From contig BDGG01000001.1 of NCBI GenBank assembly GCA_001949185.1, positions 5,011,624-5,075,623 of the forward strand: a stretch of 64,000 nt of DNA, read 5' to 3'. The stretch comes from Ramazzottius varieornatus. Its lineage: Eukaryota > Animalia > Tardigrada. Shown piece after piece: positions 60,818 to 64,000 of the stretch. Numbering within the stretch: position 1 is the first letter of the stretch; every line of letters begins with the position of its first letter. The position numbers and the translations under genes were made by a program. The notes below the pieces were generated by a model that was given only the letters and a program-made list of their open reading frames with translations, ran no database searches and was not told where the DNA came from.

Positions 60818-62169
60818 CCGATATCTTCCAAAGTTTAATAACGATTCTTTCAAAGTTTGATAACACCGAGGAACAGACAGAACATGTACGCCTACAAATC
60901 TTTTACCTGACTTGCGGGACAAAGATGATGGAAAACCGTCCAGCGACGTTCCTCAGTCCGTTGGGTTTACCGGTGTAGGCTAGCAGATACTTTGCCGGCG
61001 AAAGGGCTTCAGGTTACAGGCTATAGCCCAACATAACAGTAAGAGTACCTGGCTTTGGAAATCCGTGGCCTTCTGACTGATGGAAGTCTGGAATAAATGG
61101 CAGGAAACTATGATGTGGAGGCAATCAGGCCAGCTGCTAACCGTTTATATTTCCACTGTGAATTTATTGCCACTTTGTTTCACAGTTGCCTTTCCGTCGA
61201 TGATGTATATGGGACGCTTTATGGCCATTTCCGCGTCAAGAGCCAATGTTCCTGTGGAGGCCGGGGAAGGGATTGCAGGGCGGTGCCTGCGTACGGTACA
61301 TCCGGACGGACTGGCGCGCAACGACGTCATGGAGTCGCATGACGAATTCCTGAAATCCATACATGATTCCCGTGATACGTGTTGATACAATTGTGGGCAT
61401 TTGGGATAATGCGCTTCCTGCTGGCGCTTTATGGCTTAATACATGCCACCCTCCATAAAATACCTCATTCGTCACCATATTTCCCTCAAATCGATAACTG
61501 TGGTCTCCAGCTCACTTACAGCCATAAAGCGAGCAATTTCGTTATGCAGATTGCTGTTATTCAGGACATAGCGCGAGCTGTACAGTAAAAGATACGCCGG
61601 TTTACTATTTATTCTTCCTGTCTCTACGGCAGTTGTTCCATGTTTGCTCAGATGGCCATTTGTAGCCGGACCACGTTCGAGTGTCGTTTCTGACCGGAAT
61701 GAAAACAGACTGCACCCTTTCCATTTCGTCAGGAACCAAGTGTCAGCAAGTGCTGGTTAACACCTGACACAAAATTTATTGAGATTGAACTATATGCATC
61801 AAGGTCGCTCAATGATAGACACCTGTAACTTTGTTACTGTAAGTAATGCTGGGTTCAGTTTCGCTAACGTCAGCATCCTACGTGATGGTATATTTAACCC
61901 CTGCTGAAACCAACCTGTTATTATTTGACACGTGACCTGGAATCCTTTGATCAGCTGGTACCGTTTCTAAAAGATCGCAGATTCTGATGACGGAAATAGG
62001 AAGGAGGAAGAGGTCAACGTATTGAAATAAAAAAAGGAGCTGCTACGATATAATGACATACTTCGCCCTGGCACCGCTTCAAAAAACCATCGGAAACCAA
62101 CTCGGCGCCTGTAGGCGTACGTTACATTGGGAAGCTTGCAGGAAATTCGGCGAAAATTTTCAACAGTTT

Positions 62170-63290
62170 GTTTGGAGGTCTTGGGATACCTTGATGTAGT
62201 GTAAACGGTCAGGGCTTACTTCGAATATTCTGCAAATGATCAGAGGATTCGAATATTGCCACCTCAGCAAATTGAATATAGTCCAGGATATTTTCTTCTT
62301 CCGGCTCGCACACTTGACTTTTGACTTTATCTGTAAGCTCAATATCTTCATTTTATTCCTTCTGACACGAACACACCTAATCGGAAATTTACGCACCCGG
62401 TCCTCGTAATTTTCTTACAGTCCCAGACTGTGACTTCCGAGAAAGCTTACGCATCTCGGTAGCAGTCTATATCGGTTTGGCATCTAGAAGTCGGTTTTCT
62501 TCGCTGGCTCGGGCGCTGGCACTGTGGTCGGCGATTGGCATCAGATGACTCGCGTCCACTACCTCCTTCCCTCTAGTCAAACAAAAATACTGTTCCCTAT
62601 TTGTTCTTCATTAGATTTTTCAGAACGTAATATTTGAGAGTCTACCTGAAAGCTGATCTTGCTGCGTCGTTCTGGAAAATGACAAGATATTCCGTTGCCA
62701 GCTCTTTGTGCTGCGCGTCTGGCACATTTGGTGTTTCCCGCTTCATGACGATAGCTCCCTGGTGCCATCTACCATCCTGAGCCCGTACCCATACTCCTTC
62801 ACCTAAAGCACAAACGATGATTAGACGCTGCTCGCTCAAGAGAATCCAGACCAAATCAGGAGTATCCGAAACGCGGGAATAGGTATCATGTCAGCACTCA
62901 GTACTCACCGATCTTGAAGTCAGTCCTTGAGAAGTCCCGATCCGTTGAGTTCCTGTGGGCCATGGCTGAAGTGTTCGATCGAGAATGCCAGCTCCTTGTC
63001 GCGACAAACAACGAGCAACTTGTGGTCACATGTTTTGGAGTTCTCGTTCACACCGCATGCAGTCAATGTGGGATAAGTAACCATGCGGCACATGGCACGA
63101 ACCTTCCTGCATGTGACTAATGGCTGTCTCAGCAACACGCGCATATTGCAGCACGTTCCGCTTCTTGCTGACTATATTTAGCCTCATCAGATATAATGTA
63201 GCACCAAGATACAAAAAATACTGTGATATCGACGCCGGCTTTGCTGTTTAATGCCGCGAGCAAGCGTTCAGATGGCAGCACTTCGTCCAC
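62170..63290 (-). pseudogene. Decayed ZGPAT-like gene (Tudor-like domain)
   Basis: Collinear fragments 'RVLLRQP', 'HFSHG', 'GEGVWVRAQDGRWHQGAIV...YLVIF...EVVDASHLMP' and 'ENILDYIQ' recall ZGPAT. They are separated by stops and frameshifts, and no clear G-patch is present. Confidence 0.4.
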
Positions 63291-64000
63291 GGACTCTGAA
63301 GTAAACTACAGTATAATGAAGTACCCATTCGGAGAGGTGGGCGGCGAACACTGTGAAAGAGGCGCACGCTTCATGATCCACGTACGTGCACAGTGATTCG
63401 GCAGTGAGTGGTCAAGCGATCTCGCGGCAATGGTGGACTACGTAGATCCGGTCGGCTGGTGTCTTTTCGGGCCGAATACTTCGTGTGTTTCTGATAGCTT
63501 TACTAGTCCTCCTCACGAAGGCTGTAAAAGTTGGTGGATTGTGTTGATTTAAAAGTACATGACCAAATTTCGATTTCTAGATAAGCAGCCCTCGAGCAGC
63601 TTACTTAGAAAGCGAAACCTGCTAATCTCCTGCACACGTGATTTGAAATTTCGAATTTCCATCAGTGTTTTACATGGCGGGATACCTGTTCTTGGTCGGG
63701 TTTCTTCATACTATCATCGTCACGCATATTGGGGATACAGATTAGCCAGAAAGAAAGTCTGGAGTGTCGGTCCTGTCTTGAAGCAAAGTAAGCTTACAAA
63801 CTACCCCGCGAAACTCGCGCATTTCCGGCGCGTTAGCCGTTGTTTTCGAGGTTTTCGAAATTTGTTTCACTCACGAGTCACGACCAATTACAGGTGATCA
63901 AGGAAATTAAAATTTCAAATCAACTGGTTTCCAGATGAACAGCCCGTCGTGAGGAGGGCAACTGTTTGAGCCAATGATGATCATTATACGCTGCGAACGG

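Noticed and set aside
61080-61385. 101-aa plus-strand ORF
   Set aside because: No recognisable motif or supported splice structure.

Overview
This is compact, intron-rich animal DNA (introns mostly 50-200 nt, two short N gaps). It looks ecdysozoan, and a tardigrade-like genome is my inference only. I spliced the genes by hand. In order they are: a gustatory-receptor-like gene (-), a secreted alpha-carbonic anhydrase (-), a block of DNA transposon relics (MULE-like and hAT-like), a Ly6-like fragment, a heme peroxidase (+), nested MITEs, a small SAXO/Mn-motif protein (+), XPR1 (-), bHLH AP-4/cropped (+), a stop-interrupted Cys-rich secreted peptide ORF, PACRG (-), KDEL receptor (+), a fucosyltransferase cluster (two GT23/FUT8-like genes, one GT11 gene, one GT23 pseudogene), several MITEs, a very short collagen XV/XVIII (-), CFAP52 (+), a neuropeptide precursor (-) and a decayed ZGPAT-like Tudor gene. 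The most notable observations are: (1) a precursor encoding one tachykinin-related peptide plus three non-amidatable -NFRFRGA peptides, with a perfect 38-bp NBRE palindrome and CRE-like sites upstream; (2) about 20 copies of AP-4's own binding site across the AP-4 locus; (3) the mixed fucosyltransferase cluster with intronless, SH3-less GT23 catalytic exons; (4) a multiplexin with only 16 Gly-X-Y triplets; (5) three axonemal microtubule-inner-protein genes within 40 kb; (6) a Trp-to-Arg change at the XPR1 gate residue. No database searches were run.
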